The notes under the pieces were generated by a model that saw only the letters and a list, made by a program, of their open reading frames with translations, did no database searches and was not told the DNA's origin. This document shows positions 20,250 to 28,580 of a stretch of DNA of 38,242 bases, piece by piece. The position numbers and the translations under genes are program-made. This stretch comes from a virus (taxonomy: Duplodnaviria; Caudoviricetes), in IMG/VR virus record IMGVR_UViG_3300032320_000142, positions 1 through 38,242 of that record; one strand, written 5' to 3'. The first letter of the stretch is position 1. Every line of letters starts with the position of its first letter.

Positions 20250-22588
20250 TATGCACCACCCCTTGGACGACCTGGAATTGGAATTCCTTTATTAGTAAAT
20301 TCAACTTGAAGTTCTTTTGTTCCTCTACTGACTGCATCAACTGCTTTCTTCACTATTTCTCCTGGTCTTTGTGTCAAAGGTTTGCCATCATCTCCATACA
20401 ATCCTGTGGCATCATATAGTTCGCCTGTTTCTTCATTTCGACGAATGTTACTAACTTTTCCTGTTTCGTCGACCAGTGCAGAACTTCCAGCACCCGTGAC
20501 GGCTGCAACTTGTTTGACATCAATTTGTTCTTTTTCAGGTTCTTGTACAGGTCTTCTTATTGCTTTTAATGTTTGTATAAATTTTCCGCTTCTAAAAGTA
20601 TTAGTTACTTCTTGTACATTATATAATCCGCTGAAGCCTGAATTTTCAACACCATCAACAAAATCCATAGATCCAGTTAATCCGTTATAATCAATAGGAG
20701 TCCTAAAATTTATAATTATATCAACTTCTCCACTTTGATAATTCATCGAGCCGTTGGCATTTTCATTAAAGTTTACTGGTATGTCGCTGAAATTTCCCAT
20801 ACCGCTATCTGCAATATAATAAGGATCTCCCATGACTTCTATTTCTGCTGTTAGCATATCTCCTTGGCTGTTTAACAAGGATTCGTAAAAGTTTTTTGCA
20901 ATAAGACTACGATAGTCATCATTAGGGCCGCCGCCAGCATTTCTATATCTACGAAATTGTTCTCCGACTACTGCATTAGGAACACCCTTTTCATTAGATA
21001 CTTTATTTGATTCATCGCTAGTTGGCTGGCCACCGCGGTCTACACCTTGACCATTAATTTGACTGTATACTGCTCCGGCCAAAGCATTTCTATCAGCATA
21101 GGCTGTGGTAAACATACCTGCATTTAATCTTATATTAAAATTAAGAATATCTACGTTTTTACCGGTGTAGATGTAGTTATATTCTTTTACTGCATTTTTC
21201 TTTAACTGCTCATAGCCTTGTGGCTGAGACGCAGGCGGTTTAAATCTATGTTCGTGTACAAGATATTCTACAACTCTAAAAACGTAAAGTTTAGGAATTT
21301 TTGCACGATTATTATTTCCTGGTACTGCTTTTAAATTATAAACTTGTGTTTCTATTCTAAACCAAGTTTTTAAGCCAGATTCATCGGATGGTGCAGACAC
21401 AGCACCTTTACAATACTCACTCATTAACAATACTTCGGTGATAGCATTAATGATTGTAGTACCCTGTGTAAATTTAAAAACTTTATCTTTAGGATCGTAA
21501 ACATTTTCCTTTCTTGAATTAGGCTTGTCTGGATCTTTTTGTATTTGATCTTTAGGCTTCAACTGGCTGTCTCCGCCTGTGTTAAGATCAAATCCCATTT
21601 TTGCTTTACCAATGTCATTTAAAGACTCTGTATTTTGTACTAATAATTTTACAGATCCTGCCGTTCCTCCCACTGCTGTGCTGGTTTTGTTTAAATTTAA
21701 TTTATTTTGTGCTTGCGCCATTGCGCCCTGTGCACCTGGAGACGCGGTTACCGATTGGCCTTCATCGTCTGGCAAATCTGGAGAAGATATACGTGCTCCG
21801 TCCTTGGGAAATATAATAACAATTTCATCCGGCACATATTCTTCTTTACCAGTTTCACTACCCTGTTTAGCCATCTCTGCGCTTCTATCATTCAGCCATC
21901 GTTGTAAACTGTTAGGACCAGATTGTAATATTTCTTGCACAGTTGTGCCGCTGATTTTCATGTCCGATTTTAAAACATTAACAGCATCTGATAACGCCGA
22001 TTCGTTGTAAGGAACTGCTGTGACTTTGTATCGACATCCGGCCGCAGTAATTTCCATTTCTATGTTGGCAAAAGTAAACGGAATATGTCTGTTTAATACA
22101 TCAGTTGTAGCGATGATATTTCCGTCTTTGTTATACCCAATAAATTCCATTGTCAGCAAATAGGGAATTTCTGTATAGTTAACCGAAACACTTTGGTCTG
22201 AAACTGTGGCAGCGGCTAATTGCAATGTCTGTAAAAACATTCCTAAACTATAGGGTTCAAAAATTTCAAAACTAATATTAGTAGAATTAGTGCCTTTAGT
22301 TCTTTTATCGTAGGTCATTAAACTGCCAATTTCTATATTGTCAATATAAAAATCAAATTTACCTGTGGGGTTTGAAATTGAACTATACGCAGTAGATACT
22401 CGGTTATCAGGCTTTCCTGCGGCACTACGCAGTATAATTTCTCCTAATTGATTATTTTTATAACTAGAACTCGATTCTGGAAAATTTAACTGATTACTAG
22501 TCAGCGCACTGATTGTAAAAATTGTTGTATAGGATGTGAAATATTCTAGGATATTTGGTTGAATCCCGATGCTGTCTGCTATTGGCAT
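20249..22588 (-). CDS. Baseplate hub protein (gp27/gp44-like; 779 aa)
   Basis: Sits between the LysM-like gene and the spike. C-terminal 'AEIEVMGDPYY...FSGLYNVQEVTNTFRSGKFIQTLKAIR' is typical of hub C-terminal barrels. Confidence 0.65.
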   Translation of the reverse strand: MPIADSIGIQPNILEYFTSYTTIFTISALTSNQLNFPESSSSYKNNQLGEIILRSAAGKPDNRVSTAYSSISNPTGKFDFYIDNIEIGSLMTYDKRTKGTNSTNISFEIFEPYSLGMFLQTLQLAAATVSDQSVSVNYTEIPYLLTMEFIGYNKDGNIIATTDVLNRHIPFTFANIEMEITAAGCRYKVTAVPYNESALSDAVNVLKSDMKISGTTVQEILQSGPNSLQRWLNDRSAEMAKQGSETGKEEYVPDEIVIIFPKDGARISSPDLPDDEGQSVTASPGAQGAMAQAQNKLNLNKTSTAVGGTAGSVKLLVQNTESLNDIGKAKMGFDLNTGGDSQLKPKDQIQKDPDKPNSRKENVYDPKDKVFKFTQGTTIINAITEVLLMSEYCKGAVSAPSDESGLKTWFRIETQVYNLKAVPGNNNRAKIPKLYVFRVVEYLVHEHRFKPPASQPQGYEQLKKNAVKEYNYIYTGKNVDILNFNIRLNAGMFTTAYADRNALAGAVYSQINGQGVDRGGQPTSDESNKVSNEKGVPNAVVGEQFRRYRNAGGGPNDDYRSLIAKNFYESLLNSQGDMLTAEIEVMGDPYYIADSGMGNFSDIPVNFNENANGSMNYQSGEVDIIINFRTPIDYNGLTGSMDFVDGVENSGFSGLYNVQEVTNTFRSGKFIQTLKAIRRPVQEPEKEQIDVKQVAAVTGAGSSALVDETGKVSNIRRNEETGELYDATGLYGDDGKPLTQRPGEIVKKAVDAVSRGTKELQVEFTNKGIPIPGRPRGGA

Positions 22589-22589
22589 A

Positions 22590-22889
22590 TTACAATCCTA
22601 ACACAACAAATAAACTAGACTTTTTAGGAATATAAATTTTTACACCTGATTTAAAATCAAACAACGGATCTTTAAGTATATCCATATTGCGTTGCATAAA
22701 CACCCACCATAATTTAGTAGATCCATATAAGTCATAGGCTAATAAATCAGGTCTTTGATTATATTGTGGTTCTATAGTATAGACCCAGTCGTCAGGCTCG
22801 GCACTGACAGGTCTAACATTGATTGGTGCTAGATAACCAGGTAACTCTTGAGTTTTAAACCACGGACTTTTGTTATTATAAGTTGCCAT
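22590..22889 (-). CDS. gp53: Baseplate wedge protein gp53-like / LysM-like (99 aa)
   Basis: 'YTIEPQYNQRPDLLAYDLYGSTKLWWVF...N...DP.FDF..G.KIYIP' is the gp53/P2 gpX LysM-like motif. Confidence 0.85.
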   Translation of the reverse strand: MATYNNKSPWFKTQELPGYLAPINVRPVSAEPDDWVYTIEPQYNQRPDLLAYDLYGSTKLWWVFMQRNMDILKDPLFDFKSGVKIYIPKKSSLFVVLGL

Positions 22890-23782
22890 TAAATGTATCC
22901 TGTTCTACCTGGGCCACTACCAATTACATAATCGCCTTTGATAAATTTATCAAGACTAAAATTACGTACTTGATCTCTGCTGTATAACGGAGTTACTGTT
23001 ACTGTAAACTGGCTCTTTACCGGTGCCCATGCTACTCCTTGTCCTACCGACGAACCAGGTAGTTGAATTCCTGTAACTGCGGCTACTGCGGCAGAAACTT
23101 TACTGGCTGTTGTAGGAGAATTTGCAGACAATCCTGTTGATATGTAATCAACATCATTTGGTAATTCTAATCCAAAACTTGTAACTACTACTGGGACATC
23201 TTTAAAAACATAATCTCCGTATCCGTTTAATTTTAAAACAGGAGGAGGAGCACCGGCATTAAGGTCGCTACCAAAAGACATTTTAGTCACAGACTTTAAA
23301 AAATGCACTGCGGCAATCCAATACGCGGCTTCTGTGCTGTCTTCACAAAAAAACTGTCCTGTGATTGTCATTGCATCCACTTTACTGTTTTCATAAGATA
23401 AAAAAGGATAATTATTGTGTACAGGATTCATTGGCTGATAATTTGCCTGATGTGTCATCTGTATTGACGGAGTGTATGGAAATACCATTCCGTTAGTTTC
23501 CACTAAGGGTTTCATTATAGCACTAGTTCTATATACTGGATTGTTTGGCAGGCTCAATCGTACACGCCAGTCCCTATTTGCAGAAGAAGTAAAAATAGCC
23601 GATGCTGGATTCGATTTAGCACCAGTTTCACCCCCTGGTAGTAAGTTAATACTACGCAACGCCGCACCAAACCCTTCTGTTTTTAATGTGTTTACCGTAT
23701 TAGTTATTGTGCCCAAAGTACTGGCCGCAGATCCAGCGATGGATCTTGCATTATTGACAAAATTGTTTAAGTCTAGTGGCAT
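22889..23782 (-). CDS. Tail tube initiator / baseplate-tube junction protein (gp48/gp54-like; 297 aa)
   Basis: 'FPYTPSIQMTHQANY', 'GAPPPVLKLNGYGDYVFKDVPVVVTSF' and 'APVKSQFTVTV' resemble tube-fold initiators of contractile systems. First gene of the baseplate operon. Confidence 0.65.
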   Translation of the reverse strand: MPLDLNNFVNNARSIAGSAASTLGTITNTVNTLKTEGFGAALRSINLLPGGETGAKSNPASAIFTSSANRDWRVRLSLPNNPVYRTSAIMKPLVETNGMVFPYTPSIQMTHQANYQPMNPVHNNYPFLSYENSKVDAMTITGQFFCEDSTEAAYWIAAVHFLKSVTKMSFGSDLNAGAPPPVLKLNGYGDYVFKDVPVVVTSFGLELPNDVDYISTGLSANSPTTASKVSAAVAAVTGIQLPGSSVGQGVAWAPVKSQFTVTVTPLYSRDQVRNFSLDKFIKGDYVIGSGPGRTGYI

Positions 23783-23804
23783 ATTTGGTTATCCTTGTTA
23801 AACA

Positions 23805-23812
23805 TATTTATT
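23805..23812 (-). promoter_or_regulatory. Late promoter motif (AATAAATA) for the baseplate operon
   Basis: tatttatt, 22 nt upstream of the ATG at 23782; AAGGA RBS lies between. Confidence 0.65.
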
Positions 23813-23839
23813 GACTTTATAAAGTGCTGAGTTTATAAT
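23811..23839 (+). promoter_or_regulatory. sigma70-type promoter for the late-sigma gene
   Basis: TTGACT (23811-23816), 17-bp spacer, TATAAT (23834-23839); GAGGAG follows before the ATG at 23864. Confidence 0.85.
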
Positions 23840-23863
23840 TTATAGTGAGGAGTCATAAGAATA

Positions 23864-24703
23864 ATGAAAAAAATAAACTATCTTAATAACAAAGATTTAT
23901 TATCAGAAATACACAAAAGTAAGAATTCCTACTGTAGTTTTGTTAAGCCAGAATATCATCAATACGATTTAATTCTGCCTAGCATAGAAAAAATCAATAT
24001 TAGAACTGTAGCAGAAGCCAAACGGGCTAGAGCAAAACGACTTGCACAGCAGGCATTTGAGGCCGCTAAAGCAGAAAATGTCAAAGTTAAATTGGCAGAA
24101 TTTGAGGTTGATTATAAAAAGATTGAAAAAGTAGATTTAATCTTCCGCATTATGACTTATGATCACATTCCATTGGAACCAGGTCGTAAACGCACACCAA
24201 AGAGTCAAGCAGATCACAGAGAGAAGGTAAACTTTCCAGCATTTCAACATTGGAAGTTTGACGACACCGACGAACTTATCTGTGTAGGTAAAAGCCATTG
24301 GCGCGGTGGAATGATCAAAGGTAAGTTCAGCAAGGATCATGGACAGATTACAAATACATTGGCCCGAATGTATATCAAGCTCTGCGAGCGATATGCTACT
24401 CGTGGCAACGTTAGAGGTTACACATACAATGACGAAATGAAAGGACAGGCTATCCTTCAACTTACACAAATTGGATTACAATTCGATGAATCAAAAAGTG
24501 ATAATCCTTTCGCATATTTTACCGCCGCGGTTACTAACTCGTTTGTCCGTGTCATCAATATCGAAAAGAAAATGCAAAACATCAGAGACGATATCTTGCA
24601 AGAAAACGGTATGAATCCAAGTTACACTCGAATGATTAACCAAGAATATGATAATGCAATGAAACGAGAAAATCTCCCAGTAGTTCCACCAGTAGAAGAT
24701 TGA
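23864..24703 (+). CDS. gp55: Late-transcription sigma factor, T4 gp55-like (279 aa)
   Basis: 'NYLNNKDLLSEI' and 'YTYNDEMKGQAILQL...FDESKSDNPFAYFTAAVTNSFVRVINIEKK' match gp55 motifs. Upstream of gp47-gp46, as in many T4-like phages. Confidence 0.85.
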   Translation: MKKINYLNNKDLLSEIHKSKNSYCSFVKPEYHQYDLILPSIEKINIRTVAEAKRARAKRLAQQAFEAAKAENVKVKLAEFEVDYKKIEKVDLIFRIMTYDHIPLEPGRKRTPKSQADHREKVNFPAFQHWKFDDTDELICVGKSHWRGGMIKGKFSKDHGQITNTLARMYIKLCERYATRGNVRGYTYNDEMKGQAILQLTQIGLQFDESKSDNPFAYFTAAVTNSFVRVINIEKKMQNIRDDILQENGMNPSYTRMINQEYDNAMKRENLPVVPPVED

Positions 24704-24729
24704 TTTGCAACTTGTTAATATGTTACAAT
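24700..24729 (+). promoter_or_regulatory. sigma70-type promoter (extended -10) upstream of gp47
   Basis: TTGATT (24700-24705), 18-bp spacer, TACAAT (24724-24729) preceded by TGn (TGT). Confidence 0.55.
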
Positions 24730-24751
24730 ACGATACTCATAAAGGTATTCA

Positions 24752-25756
24752 ATGTTTAAAAAAATAGCCTGTTTCACAGACATACATTTTGGATTAAAAT
24801 CAAATAGTGCTGTACATAACCAGGACTGCGAAGATTTTGTAGATTGGTTTATTGCTGAAGCCAAAAAAGAAGGTTGCGACACCGGAATGTTTTTAGGCGA
24901 TTGGCATCATAACCGCAATAGTCTTAATATGTTGACTATGGTCAGTAGTATTCGCTGTTTAGAAAAACTAGGTAAAGCGTTTGATAATTTTTATTTCTTT
25001 CCAGGCAATCACGATTTGTACTATAAAGACAAACGTGATGTACATTCAGTTGACTGGGGCAGACACATACCTGGTGTAACCATCGTCAGCGATATCACAA
25101 CTATTGACGATGTAACTATGGTTCCGTGGCTAGTAGGTGATGAGTGGAAGAAGATGGAAAAGTTAAAAAGCCGTTATGTGTTTGGACACTTTGAACTTCC
25201 GCTGTTTATGATGAACGCTATGGTACAAATGCCGGATCACGGAGAACTACAGGCCAGTAACTTTAAAAATCCCGAGTATGTGTTTAGTGGACATTTTCAC
25301 AAGAGACAGGCTAAAGAAAATATTGTGTATATTGGCAATGCTTTTCCGCACAACTATGCAGATGCATGGGACGATGACCGCGGCATGATGATTTTAGAAC
25401 GAGATAAAAAGCCCGTGTATAAAGTCTGGGACAATGCGCCTAAATTTAAAACAGTTAAACTTAGCGAATTAATCGATAATTCAGAAAAATTAATACTGCC
25501 CAAGACATATCTGCGTGTAGGTATTGACATTGATATAAGTTTTGAAGAAGCAAGTTTTATTAAAGAAACTTTTATGGGTCAAGAAAATATTAGAGAACTT
25601 ACTCTAATTCCTGAAAAGAAAGATGTAGAGATTAACACTAACTTAGATGTGCAACAGTTTGAAAGTGTAGATCAAATTGTCAGCAGTCAAATTGCTAACA
25701 TTCAAAGCGACAGTTACGACCCTAAAGTACTGTTGGCTATCTATAATAACTTATGA
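24752..25756 (+). CDS. gp47: Recombination endonuclease subunit, Mre11/SbcD-like (T4 gp47; 334 aa)
   Basis: Metallophosphoesterase motifs DIHFG, GDWHH, GNHD, GHFE and SGHFH. Confidence 0.93.
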   Translation: MFKKIACFTDIHFGLKSNSAVHNQDCEDFVDWFIAEAKKEGCDTGMFLGDWHHNRNSLNMLTMVSSIRCLEKLGKAFDNFYFFPGNHDLYYKDKRDVHSVDWGRHIPGVTIVSDITTIDDVTMVPWLVGDEWKKMEKLKSRYVFGHFELPLFMMNAMVQMPDHGELQASNFKNPEYVFSGHFHKRQAKENIVYIGNAFPHNYADAWDDDRGMMILERDKKPVYKVWDNAPKFKTVKLSELIDNSEKLILPKTYLRVGIDIDISFEEASFIKETFMGQENIRELTLIPEKKDVEINTNLDVQQFESVDQIVSSQIANIQSDSYDPKVLLAIYNNL

Positions 25757-27534
25757 TAAAAATTAAAGATTTAACCGTACGTAATTTTATGAGTGTAGGA
25801 AATGCTACACAGGCTGTCGATTTTAATAAAGAGCAACTTACATTAGTCTTGGGCGAGAATTTAGATCAAGGAGGTGACGATTCCGGTTCTCGGAATGGCA
25901 CTGGCAAGACTACTATTGTAAATGCACTTAGTTATGGATTGTATGGTCAAGCATTAACTAACATTAAAAAAGATAATCTTATCAATAAGATTAATTCTAA
26001 AAATATGTTAGTTACTGTGGAATTCGAAAAAGACGGTCGTCTATATAGAATTGAACGCGGTCGTAAACCCAATGTGTTAAAATTCTATGTTGACAATCAA
26101 GAACAGGAAAATGCTGATGTAGACGATGAAGGCCAAGGCGATAGTCGTGAAACACAAAAAGATATCGACGAACTGTTAGGGTTGAGTCACGATATGTTTA
26201 AGCATATCCTTGCTCTTAATACGTATACCGAGCCATTCTTATCTATGAAACCTAATGATCAGCGTGTGATTATTGAACAGTTGCTCGGAATTACACTGCT
26301 ATCTGAAAAGGCAGAAGGTTTAAAAGAACAAATACGTATAACCAAAGAAGAAATCACACAGGAAAGTGCTAGGATAGATGCTGTTAAAAAATCCAATGAC
26401 AAAATACAAGAAAGTATTAACAGTTTAAAATTAAAACAGTCTGTTTGGCAACAGAACAAAGAAGCAGATATTTCTAAAATTCAAAAAGCCATTGACGAAT
26501 TGCTGAAAGTAGATGTTGAACAAGAAATTAATCAGCATGAACTGGCAAAAGTATACGACGAACAAGCGGCTAAGATTAAAAGTCTTAACAAAGAAAAGGC
26601 TACATTAGAAACTGCTGTTATGCAGGCAGATAAGACTGTTAAAAAATATCGTAAAGAAGTTGAACAATTAGAAAACAAAACTTGTCCGGCTTGCGAACAG
26701 GAACTGCACGATCACAAGCACGAAGAAATGATTAAAGCGGCAGAGAAAAATCTCACAGATGCTGATACATACTTGTCCAAAGTGGTAGGAGATCTCGAAT
26801 TGATTATCAAAGAACTCGACGGCATCGGAGATATCAATGGCAGACCTGCTACATTCTATGACACACTGAATGAAGCATACAATCATAGAAGCAATTTAGA
26901 AAGCCTAGCCGCACAGTTAAAAAACAAACAAGAAGAAATTGACACATATCAAGAGCAGATAATTGAATTAGAAAATACTGCACTACAGGAGGTGTCTTGG
27001 GATTCAGTTAACAGTTTAAATCTAATGAAAGAGCATCAAGAGTTCTTACTAAAACTGCTAACTAACAAAGATTCGTTTATTCGTAAGAAGATCATTGATC
27101 AGAATCTTGCTTACTTGAATAACCGTCTCACTTATTACCTTGATAAGGTGGGTCTACCTCACACCGTTGTATTCCAAAATGACCTAACGGTAGAAATAAC
27201 CCAACTCGGGCAGGACTTAGATTTTGATAACCTGTCACGAGGAGAAAGGAATCGCTTAATCTTAGGATTGTCGTGGGCGTTCCGCGATGTCTGGGAGTCA
27301 TTATACCAGAACATCAATCTCTTATTCATAGATGAACTTATTGATTCAGGCATGGATGCCAATGGAGTTGAAAACTCTTTAGGTATTTTAAAGAAGATGG
27401 GCCGTGAAAGACATAAGAACATTTATCTAATTTCTCATAGGGATGAATTAGTGGGTCGAGTGAACAACGTGCTCAAGGTAATAAAAGAAAACGGGTTCAC
27501 CAGTTACGCTAACGACATAGAAGTCTATGACTGA
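25753..27534 (+). CDS. gp46: Recombination ATPase subunit, Rad50/SbcC-like (T4 gp46; 593 aa)
   Basis: 'RNFMSVG', Walker A NGTGKTT, coiled coil with CPAC zinc hook, signature LSRGE, Walker B LLFIDE and ISH loop. ATGA overlap with gp47. Confidence 0.94.
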   Translation: MIKIKDLTVRNFMSVGNATQAVDFNKEQLTLVLGENLDQGGDDSGSRNGTGKTTIVNALSYGLYGQALTNIKKDNLINKINSKNMLVTVEFEKDGRLYRIERGRKPNVLKFYVDNQEQENADVDDEGQGDSRETQKDIDELLGLSHDMFKHILALNTYTEPFLSMKPNDQRVIIEQLLGITLLSEKAEGLKEQIRITKEEITQESARIDAVKKSNDKIQESINSLKLKQSVWQQNKEADISKIQKAIDELLKVDVEQEINQHELAKVYDEQAAKIKSLNKEKATLETAVMQADKTVKKYRKEVEQLENKTCPACEQELHDHKHEEMIKAAEKNLTDADTYLSKVVGDLELIIKELDGIGDINGRPATFYDTLNEAYNHRSNLESLAAQLKNKQEEIDTYQEQIIELENTALQEVSWDSVNSLNLMKEHQEFLLKLLTNKDSFIRKKIIDQNLAYLNNRLTYYLDKVGLPHTVVFQNDLTVEITQLGQDLDFDNLSRGERNRLILGLSWAFRDVWESLYQNINLLFIDELIDSGMDANGVENSLGILKKMGRERHKNIYLISHRDELVGRVNNVLKVIKENGFTSYANDIEVYD

Positions 27535-27754
27535 TGATATAAAAGACGACACGCATGACCAATTAGTCAAAGCGTTTATTGAATATAGTCGCTGGAACGA
27601 GCGTTTTGAACGCTACGGGTATCATGGTTCCAGCGTCCAGGCACGAGAATTTCTACGATCCATAAGAGATTTATGTAAAAAAAGACGGATGGAAATACAG
27701 GCAAGTCGCAGATTAAACAAAAAGGCCAAAACGGAAGGCAATGATCTGGAGTAA
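27527..27754 (+). CDS. Small basic helical protein, possibly Hc1-like nucleic-acid binder (75 aa)
   Basis: Overlaps the gp46 stop. 'AREFLRSIRDLCKKRRMEIQ' resembles the 'ARKAL.E..KL.K.RR.EI' pattern of Hc1-like phage proteins (recalled similarity, unverified). Confidence 0.55.
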   Translation: MTDDIKDDTHDQLVKAFIEYSRWNERFERYGYHGSSVQAREFLRSIRDLCKKRRMEIQASRRLNKKAKTEGNDLE

Positions 27755-27769
27755 TCGGTATATAAGTGC

Positions 27770-28213
27770 ATGTCGTGGCACTATCAAAATGATTTAGTTG
27801 AAGAAATACCTGAAGGCATCATTGGCTTCGTTTATCTCATCACAAACAATCGATCCGGACAGAAGTACATAGGCAAAAAATTAGCACAATTTAAGCGTAC
27901 TAAACCACCACTCAAAGGCAAAAAACTTAAAAGACGTAGCACAGTAGAAAGCGATTGGCGCGAATACTTTGGTTCATCAGATAGGTTAAACGCAGACGTC
28001 CACGAATTAGGTCCGGAAAACTTCACACGAGAAATACTTTATTTTTGCAAATCCAAGGCAGAGATGTCTTATCTAGAGGCAAGAGAGCAGTTCGAACGCA
28101 GAGTTTTAGAAACTGACGAATACTATAACGGCATTATCAATGTTAGAGTAGGCGGATCAAATATACTAAGACAGCGTTTATTAGAACAAGCACAGGCAAA
28201 ATCAAACGGTTAA
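27770..28213 (+). CDS. Stand-alone GIY-YIG endonuclease (SegE-like catalytic domain; 147 aa)
   Basis: 'GFVYLITN..SGQKYIGKK' GIY-YIG motif, 'W.EYFGSS', 'FTREIL', Glu-bearing helix 'YLEAREQ' and 'YYN'. No C-terminal NUMOD/HTH module is visible. Confidence 0.85.
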   Translation: MSWHYQNDLVEEIPEGIIGFVYLITNNRSGQKYIGKKLAQFKRTKPPLKGKKLKRRSTVESDWREYFGSSDRLNADVHELGPENFTREILYFCKSKAEMSYLEAREQFERRVLETDEYYNGIINVRVGGSNILRQRLLEQAQAKSNG

Positions 28214-28580
28214 TGGCTAGCGCAGGCTAAATTCGTGCGCTCTATACCTGGATCACGGATCGCAGGGACGGAATTCTCTTGCCGTTAAGAGTACTCAGCA
28301 ACTATCCTTAACAGGACGAGGATCGCAAACTGCCGCGGTTTTGCTGTTTTAAGAAGAAAGGCCCAAAGAGAGGAGAAAAACCTCACGTAAGCAAGTATGA
28401 TAGCGTATATTTGTTTACCGCCGTTGTGATAAGACGGAGCTCGTGGTACCGGACAACCGCCACTGTAATGCTCTAACGCTGTGTGACATTGTGCAACTCA
28501 GATAATGTTTTTAACTTTGCCCTGTGCGGGCGAAGTGTGACTGAACAATCTAGATAATGCTAAAGTGCTTCGCACTTAAT
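28214..28580 (+). ncRNA. Candidate structured non-coding RNA (family not recognised)
   Basis: No ORF in the track. About 47% GC by hand count over 28211-28560, above the short AT-rich intergenic gaps. At least 10 consecutive hairpins, several with G-U pairs favouring the + strand, and potential pseudoknots. Boundaries are approximate. Confidence 0.6.
28481..28559 (+). repeat. Imperfect direct repeat GTGTGAC-N10/12-AGATAATG (2 copies)
   Basis: GTGTGACATTGTGCAACTCAGATAATG (28481-28507) and GTGTGACTGAACAATCTAGATAATG (28535-28559). Confidence 0.7.

Noticed and set aside
14986-23782. Bacterial eCIS/T6SS/tailocin locus
   Set aside because: Portal, protease, scaffold, capsid, late sigma and gp46/47 in the same window show a complete phage context.
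874-23801. Short + strand ORFs opposite the baseplate genes (e.g. 1762-2040, 3618-4001, 7993-8295, 21579-22010, 23472-23801)
   Set aside because: Antisense to long genes, mostly non-ATG starts, no RBS and no protein motifs. Expected shadow ORFs from codon bias.
27770-28213. GIY-YIG gene as an intron-encoded or clearly mobile homing element
   Set aside because: It interrupts no gene, has no visible DNA-binding module and shows no terminal repeats or target duplication, so mobility is unsupported.
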